From a virus: DNA of 64,000 bases. Under the pieces are notes generated by a model that worked only from the letters and a program-made list of their open reading frames with translations, was not told the DNA's origin and ran no database searches. Location: positions 1 through 64,000 of the IMG/VR virus record IMGVR_UViG_3300028025_006304, one strand, 5' to 3'. A program made the position numbers and the translations under genes. Position 1 is the first letter of the stretch. Every line of letters starts with the position of its first letter. Of the stretch, positions 9,994 through 19,885 are shown piece by piece.

Positions 9994-11706
9994 TTATGCT
10001 GGGAAAGTAGCTCCAGTTGGTAAGATGTTGAAGTCTAGATAGATGAATTCAGCAGTCTTAGTTGGTTGTAGATAGATTTGACCGATTAATTGGTTTCTAT
10101 CGATTACGTCTGGAGTGTTGTTGGAATCATCCATAATTACTCTAAACGCGTACAAACCTTGACGTTGTTGAACTGATTCTAGGTATGGATTAACTTGGCT
10201 TAAGAATTGGTTTCTTGTAGCAATTGTGTTTTGTTCAAACACTAAGTTATTAGCTACTTGAGAAATGTATGACTTAAGGGCGATTAACAATCTACGTACA
10301 TTTACACGATCGAGTGCAGATGCTTTTTTCTGTAATGTTTTCTGACCGTATACTACAACTCCAGTTCCTGGGAATGTTGCAATTGGGTTTACATTACCTA
10401 CATATAGATCATTGCGGTTGGTTTGGCTTAGTTTTCTTTCGGCTCTTACAACAGTATCTAATCCACCGCGATTGATTCCGGCAGGTGCAAACCAAGGCTC
10501 ACTTACACTGTCATTAAACGCGTATACTGCAGGAATCATTACTGAAGCTGGTACCCATACTAATTGACCAGTACCTGGATCAATTGTTTGTAACCAGGGC
10601 CAGTATGTTGCGGCATATGAGCTATTAATTGTTTGAGCAGAGGTTGTAGCTTCAGAAACTGTATCACCAAATGGTCTTGGATCTAGTACTGCGATTGCAT
10701 CACCTCTAGATTGAACATTATTTACTAAACCAGTAGTTTGAGAGGCGTTATCAGCAATAGTTAAACCAGGAATTGTAATTACATTAAATCTGTAGTCGTC
10801 TTGGTTAGCCATTAGTGCAATCATTTCGCTATAATCAGTAGCGTCAATACCTTGTATATTTGTAGTACCTGCACTAGCACTATAGAATTTAGCACCACCA
10901 CCATAGAATAAATCACCGGTTGCTGAGGTGAATGTACCACTAGCAGCTGTTGGAATTGAACCTGTAAATGCATTTTTAGCTGTACCGTTATTATCAAGAT
11001 AGTATGGTGTTGGTTGTTGAACCGCACTTACATACACATATCTAGATTGATTAGGATAATTACCAATTACTTCAACATAATTTTCAGTTGAGTTATATGT
11101 TTGGTAACTGTCACCAATTACTTTTGAAATGTAGTTTGGTTGAGTTGGATCAAGTGATAGATTTGTCCAAGTTTCTAGAACAATAGGTTCTGTGGTTGTA
11201 TCATTACCTTGTCTAATTAATAAGGTAAATGTACCTGAACCTGTGTCTGAATTAGCAATCTGCCATCTTACGTTATCAGCTGAACCGCTTGTAAGGATTC
11301 CATTAGTACCAAGTGAACCTGAGTTGTTCATGATAGTACCTTGAGAAATAGTCTTTAAAGTAAATGAACCAGAAGTATTACTACCACTAATAGCACCGCC
11401 TGTGATAGTAGCAGAAGTGAATGAACCAGAAGCTACTCTAGCTACTAGTAAACTTTGACCACCTTGTTGAAAATAATTGTAGGCTGCAATTGAAGTAAAG
11501 TAACTGTATTCCTGTCCACCACTTAAGAAAGTACCACCAAACTTACTTAAATAGTCTGAGTAGGTAGTTACTACAGTAGGGATTTCTTTAGGACCTTTTA
11601 CAGTTGGACCAATGATTGCAGCACCAACAGTTACTGGTTGTTGAGTGATAAACGATTGATCGTTCTCTCTTGCTAATACACCTGGAGATATAAGAGTTTC
11701 AGCCAT
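9994..11706 (-). CDS. Tail sheath protein (gp18-like)
   Basis: ISPGVLAREND N-terminus; WFAPAGINRG, VNPIATFPG, RVNVRRLL, YLQPTKTAEFI motifs. Confidence 0.95.
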   Translation of the reverse strand: MAETLISPGVLARENDQSFITQQPVTVGAAIIGPTVKGPKEIPTVVTTYSDYLSKFGGTFLSGGQEYSYFTSIAAYNYFQQGGQSLLVARVASGSFTSATITGGAISGSNTSGSFTLKTISQGTIMNNSGSLGTNGILTSGSADNVRWQIANSDTGSGTFTLLIRQGNDTTTEPIVLETWTNLSLDPTQPNYISKVIGDSYQTYNSTENYVEVIGNYPNQSRYVYVSAVQQPTPYYLDNNGTAKNAFTGSIPTAASGTFTSATGDLFYGGGAKFYSASAGTTNIQGIDATDYSEMIALMANQDDYRFNVITIPGLTIADNASQTTGLVNNVQSRGDAIAVLDPRPFGDTVSEATTSAQTINSSYAATYWPWLQTIDPGTGQLVWVPASVMIPAVYAFNDSVSEPWFAPAGINRGGLDTVVRAERKLSQTNRNDLYVGNVNPIATFPGTGVVVYGQKTLQKKASALDRVNVRRLLIALKSYISQVANNLVFEQNTIATRNQFLSQVNPYLESVQQRQGLYAFRVIMDDSNNTPDVIDRNQLIGQIYLQPTKTAEFIYLDFNILPTGATFPA

Positions 11707-11731
11707 TTTGGAGTTATATTTTTAGTTTTAT

Positions 11732-11740
11732 TATAAATAT
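11732..11740 (-). promoter_or_regulatory. ATATTTATA late-promoter-like motif
   Basis: Upstream of the tail sheath gene. Confidence 0.65.
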
Positions 11741-11800
11741 GTAGGGGTTTCCCCAAAAAATTATAACCAATTAAATATAACCCTAAGAGAAGATAAAGTA

Positions 11801-12049
11801 TTACTCTACAGTAATTTCTCCAGTTTCTAGATTAAGAACCCCATTACCATACTTTTCAGTTAATTGAGCTCCTAGTTGATTGTTTAATTTTTCAAGTTCT
11901 AGTACTTGAGACTTTAAATTACTTTTAGTTTGTTCTAATAATGACATTCTATATTCAATTGAACCTAGATCCATTAAAAGATTTTGTTGTTGTTCCTTAA
12001 GATTTCTTAATTGTGTAAGTTCATCTTGAGTTAAAACTTTTGTTTCCAT
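11801..12049 (-). CDS. Small coiled-coil hypothetical protein
   Basis: 82 aa heptad-rich; ends EKYGNGVLNLETGEI. Confidence 0.6.
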   Translation of the reverse strand: METKVLTQDELTQLRNLKEQQQNLLMDLGSIEYRMSLLEQTKSNLKSQVLELEKLNNQLGAQLTEKYGNGVLNLETGEITVE

Positions 12050-12053
12050 ATGA

Positions 12054-12062
12054 TATAAATAT
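12054..12062 (-). promoter_or_regulatory. ATATTTATA late-promoter-like motif
   Basis: Upstream of 11801..12049. Confidence 0.5.
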
Positions 12063-12065
12063 TAA

Positions 12066-13253
12066 TTAATTGTTTAAAATTTTGACTGTTTGTTGAGCTT
12101 CTATAATGTTGTCTTCAATTGAACAATAAGTCCATGAACCATATCTACCTATAGAATAAATTCCTTGTGGATTATACTCTTGACACCATTCATCATAAAT
12201 TTGTTTAGAATCTTTAGTTATATGAACGTATGCTGGATTCATAACTAGGAACTGGTAATCGACTAACTCATGTACTCCACCTTCAATAATACCTGAATCT
12301 TCTAGATCTGCTAAAACTTGCATCAAAAGCTCAGTTTCATCTAACTTTCTATCTGCTTGAGCTCCTATTTCAACGTACAAACTTAGTTTTTCCTGTCCTA
12401 GAATATTATTGTAAAATCCTACTCTGTAAAAAATTTCATTACCTGGGAAGTATCTCCAGTGAGTTTTGATTGGGGAGCCTGTGCTAAATCCTAAGTTAAA
12501 TACAGCTACTTTATTTGCTGAGAGTTTAGGATTGGGGTTAAACTTATTAAACGGTAGGGTACTGATTAATTGTTCAAATTTAATATCTCCTTTATTAGTT
12601 TTAGCTATTTTATTTTCTAAATCTAAACTAATTAATTCAGTGTTAAGAAGTATTTTGTTACTATCTAATCTCTTAAGAACAGACTTAATATATTCGTAAC
12701 TACCACCTTTAGGGTAAATAAACGTATCGTTATATGACTTAGCTTTACTCTTAGGAAAAAATCTTCCCATCGAATCATATTCTAACTCATCTAAGTCACA
12801 AGCATATAACTTTTCATTATATGGGATAATAAATTTATCACAAATACCTTTACCTAAAGTAGATCTTACAAATGATTTAAAAGTAGATAAGTCGGTTTCT
12901 CCTACATTATTTAAATCCTCTAAACATTCTTTATATTCTGCTTTAGGTAATTGATCGATGTTAAATTGAAAAGGAAAATCTATAATGTTTCTTTTATAAT
13001 CTATATCTGTTATTTTAGTAACCTGGAGCATTTCAGATTCCATATTTTCTAAGATATAGTTTTTAATTTCAGGATTATTAAAGTGGAAGAAATGTCCTGA
13101 ATAATCCCAAGTATAATCTCCTCTAGTAGTTGTTTTACAATAACCACCAGGTATAGAGTCTTTTTCTATAACTAAATAATCAGAATGAGGTAGGAAAGAG
13201 GCAGCTGATAATCCAGTTATGCCTCCTCCTATAATTAAAGTTTTAGTTTCCAT
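12066..13253 (-). CDS. FAD-dependent oxidoreductase, UDP-galactopyranose mutase-like
   Basis: GGGITG Rossmann motif; GGYCKT, DYSGH, FPFQFNI and GRYGSWTY motifs. Confidence 0.65.
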   Translation of the reverse strand: METKTLIIGGGITGLSAASFLPHSDYLVIEKDSIPGGYCKTTTRGDYTWDYSGHFFHFNNPEIKNYILENMESEMLQVTKITDIDYKRNIIDFPFQFNIDQLPKAEYKECLEDLNNVGETDLSTFKSFVRSTLGKGICDKFIIPYNEKLYACDLDELEYDSMGRFFPKSKAKSYNDTFIYPKGGSYEYIKSVLKRLDSNKILLNTELISLDLENKIAKTNKGDIKFEQLISTLPFNKFNPNPKLSANKVAVFNLGFSTGSPIKTHWRYFPGNEIFYRVGFYNNILGQEKLSLYVEIGAQADRKLDETELLMQVLADLEDSGIIEGGVHELVDYQFLVMNPAYVHITKDSKQIYDEWCQEYNPQGIYSIGRYGSWTYCSIEDNIIEAQQTVKILNN

Positions 13254-14388
13254 TTATTTTATCACTAAAATGCTGGAGGTTGGAGTTTAATCTTTCTTGT
13301 TGGGATTCAAATTCAGGATCATTAATAATCTGTTTTAGATAATTTAATCCTTCTTCAAATCTATCAGTCCAGTAACAAGCTACAGACAACTCATCGTTAA
13401 TATATTTACCGTAACACAACTGGTTAACAAATAAAACATATTTGCTTTTAATGTTAGCTATATTATTACGAGTAGCTTGTTTTAGATACTTATAAGCTAA
13501 TTCATGTTGTCCTTTTTGGTTTAAATATTTTCCTAAATGAACACACGGTTCAGATCTGTCAGGGAATATTGCTATGGCTTTGTCCATTTCAGCTATAATT
13601 TCATTCAAATCTGCTCCTAGAGCCATTAGACATTGAGATACTCTCATTTGTGCCTCAAATCTTTCTTCAATCCAGGTATCTTGTACTTTAAGGTATAAGC
13701 GATTCCATTGTAAACCTTCTTTATGCATTCCATAGTCCATATAACTTTGAGCTGTATAGAATATAGAGCGATTATTTAACCCATCAGGATCCGAAATTAA
13801 AGTGTCCCAGAATTGTTTTTGTAGACGTTCAGCATCATAAAGATATTTTTTAGGGTCAAATGCTCTTGAACCAATACCTTCGCCTGAAATGTAATATCCG
13901 TAGTGTGATAAGTCTCCTGTGCTATATGACGGAATTTCAAGTGCTTTAATTGTAGTATGAGCCACACCGCAGAATTTCCAAGTATAATCTGCTTTAAACA
14001 GGATTAATGCCTTCCATTCAGCACTACCTCGTCTTACAGGAATATGGTAAGCATCTTTACCTGATTCGTCAAGAAAAAATTTAAATTCTCCCACTAGCTG
14101 GTCATCAGCATCTAAATGCATTATATAATCTGCTTTACCTTTAGCTCTTTGAATCATTAAGGTTTTGTTGTGGTCAAAACCAACCCAAGAATCTTCATGT
14201 AATTCACCAGGTATACCTTTTTTAGCAAAAAAGTTTTTAACTAACTTTACAGTTTTATCAGTTGAACCTGTATCGCACACAATCCAGTAATCAATATAAG
14301 GAGCGACTGATTTTAGGGTTTCTAAAATACAATGCTCTTCATTTTTGCACATTGTAGCAAAAACAATAGTAGGTCTATTTTTATTCAT
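13243..14388 (-). CDS. Glycosyltransferase family 2 with C-terminal TPR repeats
   Basis: MCKNEEHCI...DTGSTD...HLDADD (DxD motif); helical TPR-like C-terminus. Confidence 0.85.
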   Translation of the reverse strand: MNKNRPTIVFATMCKNEEHCILETLKSVAPYIDYWIVCDTGSTDKTVKLVKNFFAKKGIPGELHEDSWVGFDHNKTLMIQRAKGKADYIMHLDADDQLVGEFKFFLDESGKDAYHIPVRRGSAEWKALILFKADYTWKFCGVAHTTIKALEIPSYSTGDLSHYGYYISGEGIGSRAFDPKKYLYDAERLQKQFWDTLISDPDGLNNRSIFYTAQSYMDYGMHKEGLQWNRLYLKVQDTWIEERFEAQMRVSQCLMALGADLNEIIAEMDKAIAIFPDRSEPCVHLGKYLNQKGQHELAYKYLKQATRNNIANIKSKYVLFVNQLCYGKYINDELSVACYWTDRFEEGLNYLKQIINDPEFESQQERLNSNLQHFSDKINGN

Positions 14389-15631
14389 ATATGTAGTTTA
14401 AAACTTGTTCTTCTTCAAAATATTTTCTTGTAGGTACATTATTTTGAAATTTTTGGGAATGTTTTAATTTATTGTCCCAATTCCAATCTTGCTTACCTAA
14501 CGATAATATACGATCATGGATTTGCTTATCATAATGATCTCGTATAAGTCTAGCTCTTCTGTTAATATCTTTAGCGTTATTGTCTACTGTACTGTTACCA
14601 TTATTCCATTGTAGGTAAAGCATTTTTTTAACATGAATCATTTTAGTGTGTAAAAATGTTCTAACTATAAGTTCATAATCATCAGCTACAGGAAAATATT
14701 TACTGTGGCCTCCTATTTGATTATACGTGTTTTTACACCACATCCTAACATGGTTCGGCATACTTATGTTAAACCGTATAGACAGCGGGTTAATATCGGG
14801 ATAATGGTGGTTTAAATACATATTACCGTCGGCCTCAACCCAAGTATGCCCAGCGTAACCAAAATCAAAGAAATTATCTGAACGAGCGTACCAATCACCT
14901 GACCAATCGTGGTCGTAGTGTCTCATAGTACCATCCTCATATAATTCACAAACGTCGCTGTATATAAAACCAGCGTCTGGGTATTGTAAAGATGCTTTAT
15001 AGCATTCTTCTAAACAGGTGCTTACTAAAGTATCATCGTGGTCTAGTTCTACTAACCAATCACCATTACATAAAGATGCTGCTCTGTTTTTAGCTAACCC
15101 TACATTACCTCCTGTTAAAGGATATAGTTTGTGTGGTTTAATTCTAAAATCGGTTTTGGCTAAATCTTGTAAAATGTTCCAAGTTGTATCATCTGGTGAA
15201 TCATCTAGTACAACCCATTCCCAATCAATAAAGGTTTGATTTTTTAAACTTTCATAAGTTCGTAAAATACGTTCATTGGTTTTATAGGTAGGAGTAAATA
15301 CAGAAAATACAGGTTGTACATTTTCACTGTTTCTAAAAGTAGATTGACATACAACATCATTAGCTAAAACATTATCAGCTGGGTATGTTGTGTATCTAAA
15401 TGATCTTGCTTGTAGAAAAGGATTAGTTATAGTTATATCTTCTTGAGTATAAATTATAAGATCAGGCCTATAAAGAGCAAAGTCACTCTCTATATCACCT
15501 GTATAAGGTAAAGAATAAACTACAACTTTTTCTTCTAAATTTTCTTGGAAATAAACATCTGAGGTAAGTTCAAAGGTACCCTGTTTATACCAGTTATATA
15601 AGATAGCTGTAGGTTTTTTTACAACTAACAT
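14381..15631 (-). CDS. Glycosyltransferase family 2
   Basis: SVFTPTY...EWVVLDD...ELDHDD...ADDYEL. Confidence 0.85.
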   Translation of the reverse strand: MLVVKKPTAILYNWYKQGTFELTSDVYFQENLEEKVVVYSLPYTGDIESDFALYRPDLIIYTQEDITITNPFLQARSFRYTTYPADNVLANDVVCQSTFRNSENVQPVFSVFTPTYKTNERILRTYESLKNQTFIDWEWVVLDDSPDDTTWNILQDLAKTDFRIKPHKLYPLTGGNVGLAKNRAASLCNGDWLVELDHDDTLVSTCLEECYKASLQYPDAGFIYSDVCELYEDGTMRHYDHDWSGDWYARSDNFFDFGYAGHTWVEADGNMYLNHHYPDINPLSIRFNISMPNHVRMWCKNTYNQIGGHSKYFPVADDYELIVRTFLHTKMIHVKKMLYLQWNNGNSTVDNNAKDINRRARLIRDHYDKQIHDRILSLGKQDWNWDNKLKHSQKFQNNVPTRKYFEEEQVLNYIYE

Positions 15632-15634
15632 AAA

Positions 15635-16219
15635 TTAAATCTCAGTGTCAAAGAAAAATGTTTGAAACAATCTAGCATCGTATAAGTTTTTTCCAAAGTA
15701 ATCCATAGACATATGAAAATGGTCACCCCTATAAAGTACTAAACGATTATATTTGTTACCTAATCTATCAACTAATTCCCATTTAGTCATATCTTGGGAA
15801 TCTTCATTGATAAGAGCTAAAAGTTCTGTATCATAACTTCCATCTTCCTTTCTAGGAGCCATTGATAAACCTGTAGATTTGTGTTTATATAAGGCAGTAC
15901 CAGCACTTAAAGGTGCATCTGGGGTTAGGTAACAAACACCTGCCCATTTAGTGGTTTGATCAGCATGAATCCAACTACGATCACGAGATGTAGTGTATTG
16001 AAAAGCACCTGTATATTGGTTTTCAGACCAATATGTTACTTTTCCGTAATGTGGGAATACTATTTTTTCAATAGTTTCTTTTATAGAATCATTTAAAAAG
16101 GAATGTGTTCTATTACCTGGATAATTGCCTTTGATCCCAAAATCTTGTTGGAGAGCAAATTCTCTTAATTCATCTACATCACTGTAGAAATCATCGATTA
16201 TAAAAGCTGATATTTGCAT
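15635..16219 (-). CDS. 2OG-Fe(II) oxygenase-like protein (DUF6445-like)
   Basis: IIDDFY...YPGNRT, WIHAD (HxD), distal H in FH, RLFQ; start placed at MQISAF because the longer ORF (to 16249) overlaps the upstream stop. Confidence 0.65.
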   Translation of the reverse strand: MQISAFIIDDFYSDVDELREFALQQDFGIKGNYPGNRTHSFLNDSIKETIEKIVFPHYGKVTYWSENQYTGAFQYTTSRDRSWIHADQTTKWAGVCYLTPDAPLSAGTALYKHKSTGLSMAPRKEDGSYDTELLALINEDSQDMTKWELVDRLGNKYNRLVLYRGDHFHMSMDYFGKNLYDARLFQTFFFDTEI

Positions 16220-16226
16220 GATTATA

Positions 16227-16817
16227 TTATTTGTAATGTTCACCTCCAACCCATAGAACTAAGCTTTTTCTTACACCCTTAGTAATTGGGGTTACACGAT
16301 GCATTGAAAAACTTGGGAATATAACTGTTAATCCTTTATTTTTTGGAATTTGTATTGTACTACCCCCATACCATAGTTCTAAATCTCCACCTTCATATTC
16401 ACTAGGATCTGAAAGTTGAATTGTAATAGAAACTTTTCTATGACTAATTGAACCAGGGCCAATATCCATATGCCAATCATAATGACCACCACCTTCAGAA
16501 TATTCAGTGTATTGAATTGAGTCTATTACTGAATATAGATTAAAATTCCACATAGTATTATTAGCTTCAACAACCATATTGATGATTTTATCATAAAGCC
16601 ATTGACTGTCATCATTTGGATGGATCCATTTAATTTTACTTTTTCTAACAGATTCTACAATTTCATCATTACCTACAATAGTTCCTTTAGTGTAAGGATA
16701 AGTAGCAGCTAATTTATATAGATTTGTTAGATCTTCTAAGTTTAAACCTTCTTGATACCAATAATAATTAGTTTGATTAATATTGGTAGGTACTGGGAAA
16801 ACTGGTTTTAATTCCAT
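16227..16817 (-). CDS. 2OG-Fe(II) oxygenase (prolyl-hydroxylase-like)
   Basis: YDWHMD (HxD), RKVS, YEGGDL, HRVTPIT.GVRKSLV.W. Confidence 0.9.
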   Translation of the reverse strand: MELKPVFPVPTNINQTNYYWYQEGLNLEDLTNLYKLAATYPYTKGTIVGNDEIVESVRKSKIKWIHPNDDSQWLYDKIINMVVEANNTMWNFNLYSVIDSIQYTEYSEGGGHYDWHMDIGPGSISHRKVSITIQLSDPSEYEGGDLELWYGGSTIQIPKNKGLTVIFPSFSMHRVTPITKGVRKSLVLWVGGEHYK

Positions 16818-16818
16818 T

Positions 16819-17724
16819 TTAAGTTCTATCTATAGTAGTAATTATTTCCTTAAAGTTAAATATTTCTTCTGCATCATCATAGGGACATTGATCCATAGAA
16901 CCATCAAATGAATAATCGAATAAATATGAATTGTATAGTTTTGGTTTTCTCTTAGGTGGTAAAGCTACCATATTACTATGAGTATCGTAACCAAATAATT
17001 TAGGAGAAGTACCCACCCATAATACTGTAGATTTTAAACCTATCCCAGCTGCTGCGTGTTGTAAACATGAGTCAATCAATACTCTTTTTTCAGATACAGC
17101 TAAAAGTGAGATAAGCTCAGTATTAGCAATCTTATCAAATATACCTACAGCACCTGGGATTACTTGAGATTCATTTCTACAAACCTGATATATATGGTAA
17201 TTAGGGAGATAATGATTTATTATCTGTAGAGCTATGTAAGGAGGCATATCTCTAGTCCAACTATAGGGTTTAGTATCTTCTAGAGGTCCCCCATTAGTTT
17301 GAATAACCATTATAGGTTTATCTTGTCTCCAAATATTAGGTACTCTTCTTTGAACTAAATTAAACCTTATTACTGGTTTTTGATTTTTATATTCTAAATC
17401 TAGTATTTGACACCAACTTTCTATAATATGTTGTTGTTTAGAAATGTGACCATTTTGAAAATATCCTTCCTGTTTAAAAACTAGTGTATCTTTATCTTCA
17501 ATATAATTTTGATAAAAGTAAGGGGTATTTCCTACTGGGTATACTCTTTCTATTTCTTCAAAATTTAAGAAAACTTCAGGGTAGGAAGCTACCATAATTA
17601 GTTTTCTGTCTGGGTATTTTTCTTTGATTGAAGAGATTAAAGCTGTAGCAGCTATGTTTTTACCTAATCCCCCTTCAATATGCCAAACTAGATATTTATC
17701 TTTTGTTTGATAACCTACTTTCAT
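16819..17724 (-). CDS. GT-B glycosyltransferase, GT9/heptosyltransferase-like
   Basis: GGLGKNI N-terminal motif; IDSCLQHAAA...LW C-terminal motif. Confidence 0.65.
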   Translation of the reverse strand: MKVGYQTKDKYLVWHIEGGLGKNIAATALISSIKEKYPDRKLIMVASYPEVFLNFEEIERVYPVGNTPYFYQNYIEDKDTLVFKQEGYFQNGHISKQQHIIESWCQILDLEYKNQKPVIRFNLVQRRVPNIWRQDKPIMVIQTNGGPLEDTKPYSWTRDMPPYIALQIINHYLPNYHIYQVCRNESQVIPGAVGIFDKIANTELISLLAVSEKRVLIDSCLQHAAAGIGLKSTVLWVGTSPKLFGYDTHSNMVALPPKRKPKLYNSYLFDYSFDGSMDQCPYDDAEEIFNFKEIITTIDRT

Positions 17725-18542
17725 ATTTTATAGTCAAAAGCTTCGTAAAACCATTGATAGTTATCTGTAATTAATTGACAACCAGATGGGCCTAATATTT
17801 CTCTAAAGTCTTCTTTAACAGGGGCAACTTTATTTTTAATAACATGATCTCCAAATACTCCCCAAATTTTATCATCTTCATAAGTGATTTGTTCTACATT
17901 ATTAAAATCATGTTTATAATAAGGTAGTTCTAGGTATTCGTAAATACGTCTTAACTCTTTATCTGGGGTAGTTGTTAAATTTTCAAATTTAATAAAAAGA
18001 ACATTTTCATGAATGCCTTCTAATAACACTTGATAAAGACGATCCATAGTAGGGCCAATTGGTACCGTATTAGACCAATGCATTATTCTTTTATCTGTTG
18101 TTGTTCCTGTAAGGTTTCCCCAATTAGCAACTCCTGTATCGAGTTGTGGGTTAGCTCTATATTTTTTCTCTAGAGAAGCATAAACTGCTCTAGGATCTCT
18201 AATCATAGAGATTATTTTAGGATTTTCTTCATAAAAGTTAATGAAATTATATTCACTAACCCATCCCCTACATTTATCTATTACATATGGTCTATCTGTG
18301 ATAGCATTAAAATATCCATAAATAGCTCCTTTACAATAGCCTTTCCAGGCTTTTTCCATAGTGTCAGCATCTTGTGCTTTAACTTCTGGGCTGTTTGAGT
18401 ATGTTGCTCTAGAGTTATAGAGAAACTCAAATACCCCTGATGTAGGGGTAACAAAGAGATTAGGGTTTTGACCCAAAATATTTTGAATAAGTGTAGAACC
18501 TGCTCTAGGCATAGAGCTGTTATACATAACTTTTTTTACCAT
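17721..18542 (-). CDS. Sulfotransferase family protein
   Basis: SMPRAGSTL (5'-PSB loop), RDPRAVYAS (3'-PB motif), FIKFENL. Confidence 0.85.
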   Translation of the reverse strand: MVKKVMYNSSMPRAGSTLIQNILGQNPNLFVTPTSGVFEFLYNSRATYSNSPEVKAQDADTMEKAWKGYCKGAIYGYFNAITDRPYVIDKCRGWVSEYNFINFYEENPKIISMIRDPRAVYASLEKKYRANPQLDTGVANWGNLTGTTTDKRIMHWSNTVPIGPTMDRLYQVLLEGIHENVLFIKFENLTTTPDKELRRIYEYLELPYYKHDFNNVEQITYEDDKIWGVFGDHVIKNKVAPVKEDFREILGPSGCQLITDNYQWFYEAFDYKI

Positions 18543-18546
18543 AATT

Positions 18547-18807
18547 TTATCCTGTATATTCTTCCCCAGCTACAATAGCGTCGTTAATTGTTGTAAATTG
18601 GTCAATGTTTAAAGCATTAGTGAACCATGTTTGAGACATAAGTCTTTTAAGATGGCTTATGTTTCTAACAACTTGAGTTTTTCTTTCAAAGATATTTCCA
18701 CTAGCTAATTTACTATTAGATTGATCGATCACACCTGTTACTAATTGATTAATTAGATTAGCAGCTGCGAGAGCGTTAGTTATAGAAGTTGCGATTTTAT
18801 CAGACAT
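18547..18807 (-). CDS. Hypothetical protein
   Basis: 86-aa ORF tightly packed in the operon. Confidence 0.55.
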   Translation of the reverse strand: MSDKIATSITNALAAANLINQLVTGVIDQSNSKLASGNIFERKTQVVRNISHLKRLMSQTWFTNALNIDQFTTINDAIVAGEEYTG

Positions 18808-18843
18808 GTGATTATGTTTTTGATTAATATACGAAATAAAATA

Positions 18844-19884
18844 TTAAATTCCAATTTTAAGTTTTAAAGCTTGTGTTCTTTCGTCTAATTCTTGAATAGC
18901 TTTTGTTAAAGGAGCTAAAAGAGAAGTATAAGCTAAACGATAAGCATCTTTGTCTTCATTATATTTTAAACCAGAAAAATCAGTAATGTTTAATTCTTCA
19001 AGGGCTTGTTTAAGTTCTTGAGCTATAAAACCATATTCTTTCTTTTCAACCGCTAATGTTCCGTCTTTTTGACCATATGTAAAATTACATTTATCAACAT
19101 AATTTTTTCGGTTATCTAAATTAAAGGATACAGGTCTTAGTTTTTTAATAAATTTTATTCCAGTATTACATGTTAAAGGTTCAATATCTGTTTTATCTCG
19201 GGCATCCGAGAAATATGACCAACCTCCCCAAACACAGTTATAAACATTATTATTAGAATTACCCCATACTATGTGATAATTATTTGTAACTGAGACATCT
19301 GTTCCAATGATTATAACATTATCATATGTGTTAGTGTAACCAGCACATCGTCCTATTATTACATTATTTGTACCTGTAGTACCATTTCTATTTGCTCTAT
19401 GACCTATAACAACCTCTCTATAACCTGAGTTACAACAGCTTGCTTCAACACCTATAATTACTGCATTATCTCTTGGGTTATCTTTAGCAGCACTTGAACC
19501 TAATACTACATTATTAACTTGTGAGGAACCCGTAGCAAATGCTGATGAACCTATAGCTATGTTTCTATTTCCAGTAGTAGCACAGTTAAAAGCATTAAAT
19601 CCTACAGCTACATTATAAATTCCACTACTAGGACTACCACTACAACCTTGCAATGCCCCAAAACCTGCAGCTGTATTACTACTTCCAGTAACATATTGTC
19701 CTGCTAAAGCTCCAATAAAAGTACTACCTGCTGAGTTGCATTGACCTACTTTATATCCTATACCCGTAGAATAGTTATTAGTACTGTTTAAAGCGCATCT
19801 ACCAAAGGCTGTTGAATTAACACAACCCCCAGATCCTCTACCTAAACGTAGCCCATTAACTTCAGATTGTTGTAAAATTGCCAT
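18844..19884 (-). CDS. Tail spike/fibre paralog 1 with peptidase S74 chaperone domain
   Basis: N(T/V)A(I/V)G repeats; SDARDKTDIEPL...YGFIAQEL...L..AIQEL C-terminus. Confidence 0.8.
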   Translation of the reverse strand: MAILQQSEVNGLRLGRGSGGCVNSTAFGRCALNSTNNYSTGIGYKVGQCNSAGSTFIGALAGQYVTGSSNTAAGFGALQGCSGSPSSGIYNVAVGFNAFNCATTGNRNIAIGSSAFATGSSQVNNVVLGSSAAKDNPRDNAVIIGVEASCCNSGYREVVIGHRANRNGTTGTNNVIIGRCAGYTNTYDNVIIIGTDVSVTNNYHIVWGNSNNNVYNCVWGGWSYFSDARDKTDIEPLTCNTGIKFIKKLRPVSFNLDNRKNYVDKCNFTYGQKDGTLAVEKKEYGFIAQELKQALEELNITDFSGLKYNEDKDAYRLAYTSLLAPLTKAIQELDERTQALKLKIGI

Positions 19885-19885
19885 A

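Noticed and set aside
11744-11760. GGGG-AAA-CCCC hairpin upstream of the sheath gene
   Set aside because: Short stem, and the T-run precedes rather than follows it on the coding strand
16227-16817. Classical Y-position prolyl 4-hydroxylation of the collagen fibre
   Set aside because: Pro at the Y position is nearly absent (only two GPP triplets seen), so the animal-collagen model does not fit; other targets remain possible
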